Source: a bacterium (GTDB lineage: Bacteria; UBA8248). Taken from it: a DNA stretch of 64,000 bases. The notes beneath the pieces were generated by a model. It was not told where the DNA came from. It saw nothing but the letters and a program-made list of their open reading frames with translations, and ran no database searches. A program made the position numbers and the translations under genes. Shown here piece by piece: positions 52,529-60,762 of the stretch (its first letter is position 1; each line of letters starts with the position of its first letter). The stretch is taken from the NCBI GenBank assembly GCA_965261085.1, contig OZ253442.1, positions 3,840,001-3,904,000 on the forward strand. Direction: 5' to 3'.

Positions 52529-54208
52529 ATGCCCGAGCATGTCCACAAGATATCAGTGACGAAAAAAATAGACCTAGACTCTGGAAACAGCCTCAAATCG
52601 TTCGAACGTTTCACCAAAGCGGCGGGACAGGCAAGAATCGCTACGGAAAAACTCAACACCGAAACCCGCGGGTCCCGGACTGCGCTTGAAAAATCGAGCC
52701 GCACCTTCGTTCTATCGTCGGAAAAGCTCCAGGGAGTCGGCGCTTCATCGAAAGACGCTGCCGACGGCATCAACATCCTGTGGAAAAATGCGGAACGAGC
52801 CGGCTCCCAACTCGGCTCCGGTCCGCTCGCCAGAGGCCTGGACGACATCAAAAGGAAAGCGACGGCCCTGCCCGCCTCTTTTGAGATCGCCGGAAGAGCG
52901 GTGAGAGACTTCGCCACGGCAAGCGAGCAAACGCTCACCCGATTTTTCTCGGGCGTGCTCACCGGCAAAATCTCCAGCGCCAAGGATCTGTTCAGCGACC
53001 TGAAAAACCACGCCATCAAAATGGTGCAGGCCGCCGCCGCCGAGATGGCGAGTACGCAATTCATCAAACCGGCGGTGGGTGCGCTCCAGGATTTGGGCCT
53101 GGGCTTGCTGGGTGATTTAAGCAAGGGTCTGTTCAAGGTTTTCGGCTTCGCCAAAGGCGGTCTGGTCAAAAAACCCACCCTGGGCCTGATCGGCGAGGCG
53201 GGACCGGAACTTGTGGTGCCGCTGACGAAAATCGGCGGCGAAGCGGGACTCATGCAGCTTTTCAAATCCATCTCCGAGATCGAGGCGGCGAATCGCCTGG
53301 GCGGCACGGAAATCGCCACGAGTCTCGGAGCAAAAACGAGTGGTGAGTTGGCCGCGCGGATAGCGGCCGCTAAAGCGGCGGCGACCCTGCAAATCGCTTT
53401 TTCCGCGCTGGACTTTCTGAGCGGCCCGAAAACCTTGAAAAGGGGAGCCAGTCTGGGCATCAACGTGGCAGGCGCCCTCCCCGCGCTCTCGGGCGCCACG
53501 GGGCTCGCCGCCTTCGGGCCTGCGGCGGGCGCTTTTTTGATCACCGATGTCTTGTTCAACAAAGGAGGGGCCATCAAGCAGGCGCTCTCTTTCCTGGGCT
53601 TCAAGGGCTTCACCGACAGGTCCACCCCCTTCACCCGGGGGATAGCGAATCTCGCGCAGGCGGCCGGGTTGTATCTCGCGCTCGATAAATACCGCAAAAC
53701 CGGCGTGGCGGATGAAGCGCGGCTCCTCTCGCTTCCCGAGGCGGTCTACCAGGGCCGGATGGGCGTGGATGGCCCCTTACTGGAAAAAGCGGGCCTGGCG
53801 TTTCAAGTCATTCAACGAGCAGCCGGGGAAGCCGGCATCTCGCCACAGGAGGGGGTGAAGCGGTATTTCGGCAAGGGTTTCTACAACACCTATTTGGGGT
53901 CTCTACCCATAGAAGAAGGCGACGCGGCGGGGCGTTTCGTCAAGCGCTCCGCACTCCGGCTCGTGGGCGAAGCGGGGCCCGAGCACATCATGAACGTGAA
54001 CCACCCACAATCTATCGATTTCTTTCAGCGCGGTGTGCGGCCCATCATCCGCGACGCGATACGGGAAGAACTCGGCGGAAGCGGGGGCGACACGCACGTC
54101 TACCATATTCATATCGAAGGGAACCTGAGCGACAATCGCACGCTCGAGAAGCTCTCGCGCAAACTAGAGGACATCAACAAGCGCCGCCGCCGCTACGGGC
54201 AGGTCTAG
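52529..54208 (+). CDS. Phage tail tape-measure-like protein (about 559 aa)
   Basis: Ala/Gly/Leu-rich helical protein with FAKGGLVKKPTLGLIGEAGPELVVPL and a second LVGEAGPE motif, GGSGG linker and HIHIEG strand near the C-terminus, all typical of tape-measure C-termini. Confidence 0.75.
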   Translation: MPEHVHKISVTKKIDLDSGNSLKSFERFTKAAGQARIATEKLNTETRGSRTALEKSSRTFVLSSEKLQGVGASSKDAADGINILWKNAERAGSQLGSGPLARGLDDIKRKATALPASFEIAGRAVRDFATASEQTLTRFFSGVLTGKISSAKDLFSDLKNHAIKMVQAAAAEMASTQFIKPAVGALQDLGLGLLGDLSKGLFKVFGFAKGGLVKKPTLGLIGEAGPELVVPLTKIGGEAGLMQLFKSISEIEAANRLGGTEIATSLGAKTSGELAARIAAAKAAATLQIAFSALDFLSGPKTLKRGASLGINVAGALPALSGATGLAAFGPAAGAFLITDVLFNKGGAIKQALSFLGFKGFTDRSTPFTRGIANLAQAAGLYLALDKYRKTGVADEARLLSLPEAVYQGRMGVDGPLLEKAGLAFQVIQRAAGEAGISPQEGVKRYFGKGFYNTYLGSLPIEEGDAAGRFVKRSALRLVGEAGPEHIMNVNHPQSIDFFQRGVRPIIRDAIREELGGSGGDTHVYHIHIEGNLSDNRTLEKLSRKLEDINKRRRRYGQV

Positions 54209-54301
54209 GCGAAAGGGCAGCCGGATGATGGACGTCTTCATCAAGGAGAGGGTCAAGAGACGCATCGTGCGAGATGGCTCAATAATCTCGCCGGTTTTAC
54301 G

Positions 54302-54367
54302 CACGCACTTGCCCGCATTTCCGCGTATTTCAACCCCGCAACTCCCCGCAAATCCCCGCATTTCCCC
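54302..54367 (+). repeat. Array of 10-bp units CCCGCA(T/A)(T/A/C)T(C/G) (locus D)
   Basis: CACGCACTTG CCCGCATTTC CGCGTATTTC AAC CCCGCAACTC CCCGCAAATC CCCGCATTTC. Confidence 0.85.
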
Positions 54368-54371
54368 TCGG

Positions 54372-54423
54372 AAATTTTCACTTTTTTATCGAAAAACCCC
54401 GTGAATTTATCGATATTTTCAGG
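54372..54423 (-). repeat. 52-bp AT-rich element, copy 2 (inverted relative to copy 1)
   Basis: Reverse complement reads CCTGAAAATATCGATAAATTCACGGGGTTTTTCGATAAAAAAGTGAAAATTT. Confidence 0.9.
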
Positions 54424-54432
54424 TTTTCAACG

Positions 54433-55695
54433 TCACGTGAGCTGGTCCAGCCCCAGCACCGCGCGGCGCACGAGTTCCATGGCGTAGATAGGCGCGCGCG
54501 ACTGCACGAACTGCTCGTTGCCCCCGAAGCTCGATGAGAAGGTGAACATGTCCCCCCCTGTGTCCAGCGCCATGTGCGTGTCACCCAGCGCCGGCGCGCG
54601 GCGGGAGTTTTCCGGCTCGATGTTCTCGGGCGGATTGGGGCCGAAGACGGCGAGTCCCATGTCGGCGCCCGATTCTTCACGCACCCTCCGGGCGAGCGTC
54701 CTGGTGAAATCTTGAGGCCCTTCGTTCTCATTCACACCGAACATGCGCGCCAACTCCTCTGAGTGTAAGCCGACGACGCCGCGCTTTAAGAATTGCACGC
54801 GCTCGGGCCAGGCGTTCAGCCTCTGAATCAAGGCTCCTCCGGTGTTCGACTCGACGATCGCGATGGTCTTGCCGCTCTGGGCCAGCACGCGCCCCAGCGT
54901 CTGCTCGAGCGTCGCGTTTCCCGTGGCGTAAACGGCCGAGCCCAGAATCTCGCGCACCTTGACCTCGAGACCCGAAATCATGTTTTCCGCCTCTTCGATA
55001 TTCTGCGCGCGCGCGGTGATGCGCACGTCCACCTGCCCGGGATGGGCGAGCACGCCGATGCTCGGGTTGATAGATTCACGAAACAGGTCCGATATCATCT
55101 CATCGACGCGCGATTCGCCGAGGCCGCAGGTTTTGAGAACCTTCGTCCGGATGACCTCGCCCAGGTCGTATTTCTCCTGCAGGATGGGCACCGCGCATTG
55201 GGTGATGATGTAGCGCATCTCGTGCGGCACGCCCGGGCTCACGATGATGACCCCTTTTTCGTCCTCGCACATGAAGCAAGGCGCCGTTCCGCGCGGGTTT
55301 TCGATGGGCGTGGACCCGGCGGGAATGTAGGCCTGCTTTTTGTTGTTATCGCTCATGTGAAAGCCGCGGCGGCTGAAATAGGCGCTGATGTAGTCATACA
55401 AATCCTGGCGAAACTCGAGCTCTACGCCCATCACCTTCGCGCAGGCCTCCCGCGTCAAGTCATCCACAGTGGGGCCGAGCCCGCCCGTGGTGATGACCAC
55501 CTGGGAGCGCTCGTGAGCCTGTTTGATGACGCCCGCGATCCTGTCCAGATTGTCGCCGACGGTGGTCTTGAAATACATGTTGACGCCGACCGATTTAAGC
55601 TGGTCTGCGATGAAGGCGCTGTTGGTGTCGATAAGGTCGCCAAGAAGCATCTCGGTGCCGATGGCGACGATTTCACCGCGAATAGGCTCTGCCAT
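54433..55695 (-). CDS. cinA: Competence/damage-inducible protein A (MocF-like domain plus degenerate PncC domain)
   Basis: EIVAIGTEMLLG...DTN, VGDN, TGGLGPTVDDLTRE, GTAP, PGVPHEM, GLGES and ESNTGG motifs. Confidence 0.88.
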   Translation of the reverse strand: MAEPIRGEIVAIGTEMLLGDLIDTNSAFIADQLKSVGVNMYFKTTVGDNLDRIAGVIKQAHERSQVVITTGGLGPTVDDLTREACAKVMGVELEFRQDLYDYISAYFSRRGFHMSDNNKKQAYIPAGSTPIENPRGTAPCFMCEDEKGVIIVSPGVPHEMRYIITQCAVPILQEKYDLGEVIRTKVLKTCGLGESRVDEMISDLFRESINPSIGVLAHPGQVDVRITARAQNIEEAENMISGLEVKVREILGSAVYATGNATLEQTLGRVLAQSGKTIAIVESNTGGALIQRLNAWPERVQFLKRGVVGLHSEELARMFGVNENEGPQDFTRTLARRVREESGADMGLAVFGPNPPENIEPENSRRAPALGDTHMALDTGGDMFTFSSSFGGNEQFVQSRAPIYAMELVRRAVLGLDQLT

Positions 55696-55790
55696 GAATG
55701 ATTCCTTTATGTCGAAAATCAGAAAATGATGGCCCCCGTGGGGAGTTGCATATTAGGCAAGCGCTCCCCCGCCGACAAGGGCGGGAGAAC

Positions 55791-56540
55791 TCAAGGCGAC
55801 CCCACAAGCCCCGAGAGAGCGAGCCAGCGCTCGAACCAGCGCGCAGCGCGTCTGTTCAAAGTCTTCAGGCGCCCCGGCGCATCGCTCAATATCGCCTGGG
55901 GGTCCGCGTCCGAGCGCGGGGAATTCATATCTCCCTCAAACGCGTCCAGCCACGTGGATATGTCCTCCACCCCGATTTCCAGGTGAAACTGGAAGGCGTA
56001 GGCGCGCTCCCCCCACCGGAACGCCTGGTGCGGGTATCGCGCGGAAGACGCCAGATGAACGGCGCCCTTAGGCATGTCGAACGTATCGCCGTGCCACTGA
56101 AACACGGGGAAGGACGGCTCCTCATCCCCCAGGAGCGGGTCTCCTTGCGCCTGGGGAGTCAAATCCACCGGGAACCAGCCAATCTCTTTTTTCCCCTCTC
56201 CCGGGTACACGCGAGCGCCCAACGCCGCCGCCATGAGCTGCGCGCCCAGGCAAAGGCCGTAAACGGGAAACCCCGAGCGAAGCGCTTCTCCGATAAAACG
56301 GATTTCATCGGCCAGCCAGGGGTATTTCTCCTCCTCATAAACGCCCATCGGCCCGCCCAGGACGACAATCGCCTTGGCGTCCTCCAGATCATTCAAAGAA
56401 TGCGGGAGGCGCTCCCCCTTGTGGAGGGCCACGTAGCGCGAGGCTATGTTGCGCTGCGCGAGTATTTCTTCGAGCAGCGAGAGCCTTTCCACATCCACAT
56501 GCTGAAGTGCTAGAACCGACAACCGAATACCCTCATACAA
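55791..56540 (-). CDS. Class I glutamine amidotransferase (GMP-synthase-like)
   Basis: LQH, VLGGPMGVY, GLCLGAQL, QWHGDTF and FQFHLE catalytic triad motifs. Confidence 0.9.
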   Translation of the reverse strand: MYEGIRLSVLALQHVDVERLSLLEEILAQRNIASRYVALHKGERLPHSLNDLEDAKAIVVLGGPMGVYEEEKYPWLADEIRFIGEALRSGFPVYGLCLGAQLMAAALGARVYPGEGKKEIGWFPVDLTPQAQGDPLLGDEEPSFPVFQWHGDTFDMPKGAVHLASSARYPHQAFRWGERAYAFQFHLEIGVEDISTWLDAFEGDMNSPRSDADPQAILSDAPGRLKTLNRRAARWFERWLALSGLVGSP

Positions 56541-56553
56541 ACCGGACCTAGAG

Positions 56554-56743
56554 GGGGCTATTGAAAAAGCCCTCCTCGAAGTAGCAACCCCCCTGTCCCC
56601 CCTTGTCAGGGGGGCTTTTCTTCCACCTCCTCGTCGGGGGCATCGCTTTTACCCCCCTGACAAGGGGGGACAGGGGGGTTGCTTTTCCAGTCGAGAGGGG
56701 TGTCCCCTCTACCCCCTGAAATCGGGACACATTCAACAGCCCC
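56554..56743. mobile_element. 190-bp MITE, copy 1
   Basis: Terminal inverted repeats GGGGCTATTGAA/TTCAACAGCCCC; flanking TAGAG direct repeat (56549-56553, 56744-56748); internal 32-bp perfect inverted repeat (56583-56614/56652-56683); homologous to 63132-63321. Confidence 0.85.
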
Positions 56744-57504
56744 TAGAGGCCCAGTATCGAAAGCGTGCTCTCTATATCCCGGATTTCAAAATCGGGCGGT
56801 TCGCTGCCCTCAGGCTTTAGCGCTCCCTTTCTGTTGAGCCAGGCGCACGGCATCCCCACGCCTTGCGGCCCCTCTACGTCGGCCTCGAAAGTATCGCCCA
56901 CGAAGAGCATTTCACCCGGCGCCACGCCCAGTTTTTCGGCCACCTTGAGAAACAAGGAAGCCGCCGGTTTCCTGAAACCCTCATCCTCTGAAATATGCAC
57001 GGTATCGAGATAAGGCGTAATGCCCCTTTGATCGATAATCCGCTGCGCGGTGGGCGCATGGTCGAAATTGCTTAAGAGCGCTATCGGCAGGCCGGCGTCT
57101 TTTATCTTCCCCAGCACGTCGAGCCGGCCCGGATCGAACACGACGGAGCTCTCGATGCCGTACATGTGGGCGTTTAAGGCCGTCAGGGCGGCCCTTTCCC
57201 TATCTTGCGAGGGAATCGCCACCAAAAGCGCCATGAGGCGCCTGAAACGATGTATGGAGCGAATTTCCTTCAACTCGGGGTCGTTGTTGCGCTCGGCCCA
57301 CACCTCTTTGGAGCTCTGCAGCCAGAGCTGGTGGAAGGCCGGATAATTCGGCACCAGGAAACCACCGTCATAAAGCGCGTCATAAGCCGCTTTCGAGGTG
57401 GTCTTCTCCTCTTTGCCGTCGATTTCCACCACGGGAAAAAGAGAGATGTCGAAATCAACGAGCGTGTCGAAAAGATCGAACGCAACCGCGCGGTATGAAG
57501 CCAA
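56743..57504 (-). CDS. HAD-superfamily hydrolase (IA)
   Basis: FDLFDTL, LLSNFD, RKP and FVGDTFEADVEG motifs. TTG 57504 behind GAGGAG. Confidence 0.88.
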   Translation of the reverse strand: MASYRAVAFDLFDTLVDFDISLFPVVEIDGKEEKTTSKAAYDALYDGGFLVPNYPAFHQLWLQSSKEVWAERNNDPELKEIRSIHRFRRLMALLVAIPSQDRERAALTALNAHMYGIESSVVFDPGRLDVLGKIKDAGLPIALLSNFDHAPTAQRIIDQRGITPYLDTVHISEDEGFRKPAASLFLKVAEKLGVAPGEMLFVGDTFEADVEGPQGVGMPCAWLNRKGALKPEGSEPPDFEIRDIESTLSILGL

Positions 57505-57539
57505 GGGAACTCCTCGTGAAATTCTAGCCGGGTTTAGAG

Positions 57540-58052
57540 TCAGTCGTAGGAGCCGCCCATATCCATCTTCCGGTAAGCGCTGCCGTAGAAAAGAAGCGGG
57601 GCGCGCACCTCCTCCTCGAGCAAGACGCGGGTCACACTCCCCACGACGATGGTGTGGTCTCCACCCGGAAGTTCCTCGTGCAGGTCGCACTCCAAAACAC
57701 CCACATGCCCCGTGATCAGCGGCGAGCCGTTTTCTCCGATTTCATGCGGGATGTCCGCGAACTGATCTTCCGCGTCCTTGCCCTTGCCCGCAAACCAGTC
57801 GGAAGCGCTCTTCTGCTCCTCGGACAGGAAATTGATGGCGAATTTTTTCGCTTCTTGAACCATCTTCAAGCTCGACGCCTTGTTGTCGTAACACACCAGG
57901 ACGAGCGGCGGATTGAGCGAGAGGGAGGAAAACGCGTTCGCCGTCATGCCCCGGGCTTCGGTTTGCGTTTTCGCGGTGACGACCGTGACGCCGGTGGCGA
58001 ATCTGCCGAGGGCGGTTCTGAACTCTTTCGGATCGATGCTCATGTGTGCCAT
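57540..58052 (-). CDS. Flavin reductase (HpaC/RutF-like)
   Basis: FRTALGRFATGVTVVT, GMTANAFSSLSLNPPLVL, GGDHTI and PLLFY motifs. Confidence 0.92.
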   Translation of the reverse strand: MAHMSIDPKEFRTALGRFATGVTVVTAKTQTEARGMTANAFSSLSLNPPLVLVCYDNKASSLKMVQEAKKFAINFLSEEQKSASDWFAGKGKDAEDQFADIPHEIGENGSPLITGHVGVLECDLHEELPGGDHTIVVGSVTRVLLEEEVRAPLLFYGSAYRKMDMGGSYD

Positions 58053-58074
58053 CCCCTAAAGTGAACGCTTTGGA

Positions 58075-58677
58075 CTAGTCCGAATATCTCTCTTGCCTGA
58101 ACGGGTCCGCGTCGTTGTGGTATCCGCGCGTCTCCCAGAAACCGGGCTGGTCGACGGCGGAAAACTCCACCCCACACACCCATTTCGCGCTTTTCCAGAA
58201 ATAACGCCTCGGCACGACCAGCCTGAGCGGCCAGCCGTGCTCGGGCGTCAAATTCTCCCCGTCGTGCTTCCAGGCCCACAGCACGTCATCGTCCATACAT
58301 GCCGCAAGAGGCAGATTCGTCGTGTAGCCGCACTCACAATGGACGATGACGAACCCGGCGTTTTTCTTGAGCCTCACCCGCTTCATCAGTTCCTGAAAGG
58401 ATACCCCGTGAAACCGATTGTCCATCCGGCTCCAGTGGGTGACGCAGTGAATGTCGCAGGAGACGTCGACGGCGGGCATCGAGGTGAACTCTTGGTAGTT
58501 GAATTCGAGCTCTTCTTCCACCTCGCCGAACACGCGGAATTTCCACGATTCGAGGTCGACTGGCGGCGCCTCGTCGAAATGGAGCACCGGCCATTTTTCC
58601 GTCGCGGTCTGCCCCGGCGGAATACGCTCGCCGTATTTTTCCTTAAGCTCCGTTTTCCTGGGAAAAAGCGCCGCCAT
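58075..58677 (-). CDS. Sulfite oxidase-like molybdopterin oxidoreductase (YuiH-type)
   Basis: RIPPGQ, WPVLH, DIHCVTHWS, YTTNLPL, EHGWPLRLVVP, YFWKSAKW and GFWE motifs. Confidence 0.9.
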   Translation of the reverse strand: MAALFPRKTELKEKYGERIPPGQTATEKWPVLHFDEAPPVDLESWKFRVFGEVEEELEFNYQEFTSMPAVDVSCDIHCVTHWSRMDNRFHGVSFQELMKRVRLKKNAGFVIVHCECGYTTNLPLAACMDDDVLWAWKHDGENLTPEHGWPLRLVVPRRYFWKSAKWVCGVEFSAVDQPGFWETRGYHNDADPFRQERYSD

Positions 58678-58691
58678 TCTCAATCTCAAGT

Positions 58692-59726
58692 CTATCCGGT
58701 GGGCGCCAGGAGCACCTTCAACCCGGCCCCGCGCCGCATGATGTCGAAGCCTCTCTCCCACTCATCGAGCGAGAGCATATCAGATACCATCGCTTCGGTG
58801 TCGATTCTGCCCGCCTCCAGCAACTCGAGCGCCAGCAGCCAGGCGGAGCGTTTCTGGCCGAACGTGCCGACCAGGCGAATCTCCTTGAACGCCAATCGAT
58901 CCATATTCACGGGAATCGGCGCTCCGGGCAGACCCACCTGGAGAATTTCTCCTCCTTTTTTCACCGATTCGACGCAAATCTCGAGCGCGCCGGGAGCGCC
59001 CGCCGCCTCGACCGCCAAATCGACCCCCCAGCCGTTCGTGACCGTGAGAGCGCATTCGAGGACGTTTTCGGTCTCCACGTCCACCGTCCATTCCGCGCCG
59101 AACGAGCGGGCGAGAACGAGCCTGTGCGCATCCTTCCCGGCCCCCGCCACCATCACCCGCGCGCCGTGGGCGACCGCCACCTGGGCGCACCCCAGGCCGA
59201 TGGCGCCCGGCCCCATGATGAGGACGAAATCTCCCTCGCGCACGCTGCATTGCTCACACATCCCGTGCACGCACACCGCCAGGGGTTCGGAGAGCGCGGC
59301 CGCCTTCAAGCTCACGTTATCCGGCAGGCGATGAATCGACTCCGCCCGGGTGACCACATAGTCGGTGAAGGCGCCGTTGCTCACCACGCCCGCGATGTCG
59401 CGCTCATCGCACCGATTGTAGCGGCCCGAGATGCAGTGCGGACATACGCGGCAGGTCGATTTCGTGGGTTCGGCCGTCACCCTTGCCCCGAGAGGAATTC
59501 CCTCGACGCCTGAGCCTGTTTCCACCACTTCGCCCGAGAACTCATGTCCCAGCACCAAGGGGGGGAAATAGTGAAAAAACTCGCCCGAGGCGATGTGCAC
59601 GTCCGTGCCGCAGATGCCGGCATGGGCGATTTTAACCTTCACCTGCCCGGGACCCACGCGAGGCTCCTCCACGTCGAGAAGCGCCATGTTTCCAGGCCCT
59701 TTCGCTTGTTTCACCAAGGCTTTCAT
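58692..59726 (-). CDS. Zn-dependent medium-chain (sugar/threonine-type) dehydrogenase
   Basis: GICGTDVH, GHEFSG, CxxCxxC-x7-C, EPLA and GPGAIG motifs. Confidence 0.9.
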   Translation of the reverse strand: MKALVKQAKGPGNMALLDVEEPRVGPGQVKVKIAHAGICGTDVHIASGEFFHYFPPLVLGHEFSGEVVETGSGVEGIPLGARVTAEPTKSTCRVCPHCISGRYNRCDERDIAGVVSNGAFTDYVVTRAESIHRLPDNVSLKAAALSEPLAVCVHGMCEQCSVREGDFVLIMGPGAIGLGCAQVAVAHGARVMVAGAGKDAHRLVLARSFGAEWTVDVETENVLECALTVTNGWGVDLAVEAAGAPGALEICVESVKKGGEILQVGLPGAPIPVNMDRLAFKEIRLVGTFGQKRSAWLLALELLEAGRIDTEAMVSDMLSLDEWERGFDIMRRGAGLKVLLAPTG

Positions 59727-59747
59727 ATTCGCCTCGCGCGAGAGGAA

Positions 59748-60461
59748 TCAGGCGTTCAGCACGGCGATCGCCCGAATCGGCGAACCCGACCCGCCCCGAA
59801 TCTTGAGCGGAAGCCCGATGTAGAGAAACTCCTTACCCACTACGTCTTCGATGTTGCACAGGTTTTCCGTGTTGGTGCGGCCCAGGTCTCGGCAAACGAG
59901 GTGGCAGGGGTATCCCGGGCTGGTGGCCATGTCCATGCTGGGGGCGTCGGTGCCCACGTTGATGGCCCCGCACTCGCCGTACACGTACTCGGCCGCATCG
60001 CGCGTCCAGCCTGCGTAGGCCGTCGTGTAGAGGGGAGACGGGTGGTGGCGCTTGAAGTGCCCGTATGTGTAGAGGAGGGTATCGCCCGGCCTGATCTCGT
60101 AGCCATAGTGATCGATCCTGCGCTTCACGTCGTCCGCGTTGATGTAGCTGTTGTCCTCGACGTTTTCGAAATCAATCGCAATGCCCCGGCTGTAGAAAGA
60201 ATCGAAATTCATCTCGTCGATGTGCGGCGCGTCGGGCGAGGGGTCGAGATGGCTGATGGAATCCACGTGCGTGGGGCCGTGTTCGCAGAACTGGATGATG
60301 CCCGAATAATAGCTCATCTCGCTCTGGAAGCGTCCGCTGGCGGCGCTTTCCTCGTGCGTCATATTCGTCCAGCGCCAGGTCTCGGGGTGTCCCACGAACA
60401 CCGGCTGTCCCTGATAGATGTCTTGTGAGAGATCAACGATTTCGTGATTCTTATACGCCAT
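59748..60461 (-). CDS. Cyclase family metal-dependent hydrolase (KynB-like)
   Basis: VDLS, EHGPTHVDSISH, GTDAPSMD, ENL and PLKIRGGSGSPIRA motifs. Confidence 0.9.
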   Translation of the reverse strand: MAYKNHEIVDLSQDIYQGQPVFVGHPETWRWTNMTHEESAASGRFQSEMSYYSGIIQFCEHGPTHVDSISHLDPSPDAPHIDEMNFDSFYSRGIAIDFENVEDNSYINADDVKRRIDHYGYEIRPGDTLLYTYGHFKRHHPSPLYTTAYAGWTRDAAEYVYGECGAINVGTDAPSMDMATSPGYPCHLVCRDLGRTNTENLCNIEDVVGKEFLYIGLPLKIRGGSGSPIRAIAVLNA

Positions 60462-60620
60462 GGTGATTCTCCTTCGGCATGTTCCGCTATAAGTGAACTA
60501 TTCGAATCCTTGCGATTCGCTGCATGAAGCGCATCTTTTGAATCAACGCCAAAACCGGTGAAATGACTGCCCTCATCCGGGTTTCTTTCACGAGATGTCG
60601 TGGGTTTTGAGCGCTTCCCG

Positions 60621-60649
60621 ATATTAAAGTCGGCATGAAGCCTTGTCAA
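60621..60649 (-). promoter_or_regulatory. Sigma70 promoter for the cyclase-dehydrogenase operon
   Basis: Minus-strand TTGACA (60649-60644), N17, TAATAT (60626-60621). A divergent TTGACA-N18-TACCAT begins at 60684. Confidence 0.6.
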
Positions 60650-60762
60650 CGGAACGGCTACCGGAGAGCACGCCCATCGAGAATTGACATCCAAAAGCCC
60701 GCCTCCTTACCATGCCGACGAAACGCAGGCGTTCTTCTACTCTTTTCGATGGAAAACACTTT

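Noticed and set aside
52498-53697. 399-aa minus-strand ORF over the tape-measure gene
   Set aside because: Ala/Pro/Ser-rich mirror of the Ala/Gly-rich sense gene; the recognisable motifs are on the plus strand.
46622-54208. Complete active prophage or contractile injection system
   Set aside because: No integrase, capsid, terminase, portal, replication, sheath, tube, baseplate wedge or VgrG/PAAR gene is recognisable, and there are no flanking direct att repeats.
54225-54404. Short plus-strand ORF after the tape-measure gene (about 59 aa)
   Set aside because: It reads through the 10-bp repeat array and the 52-bp element, giving a Pro-rich low-complexity product with no motifs.
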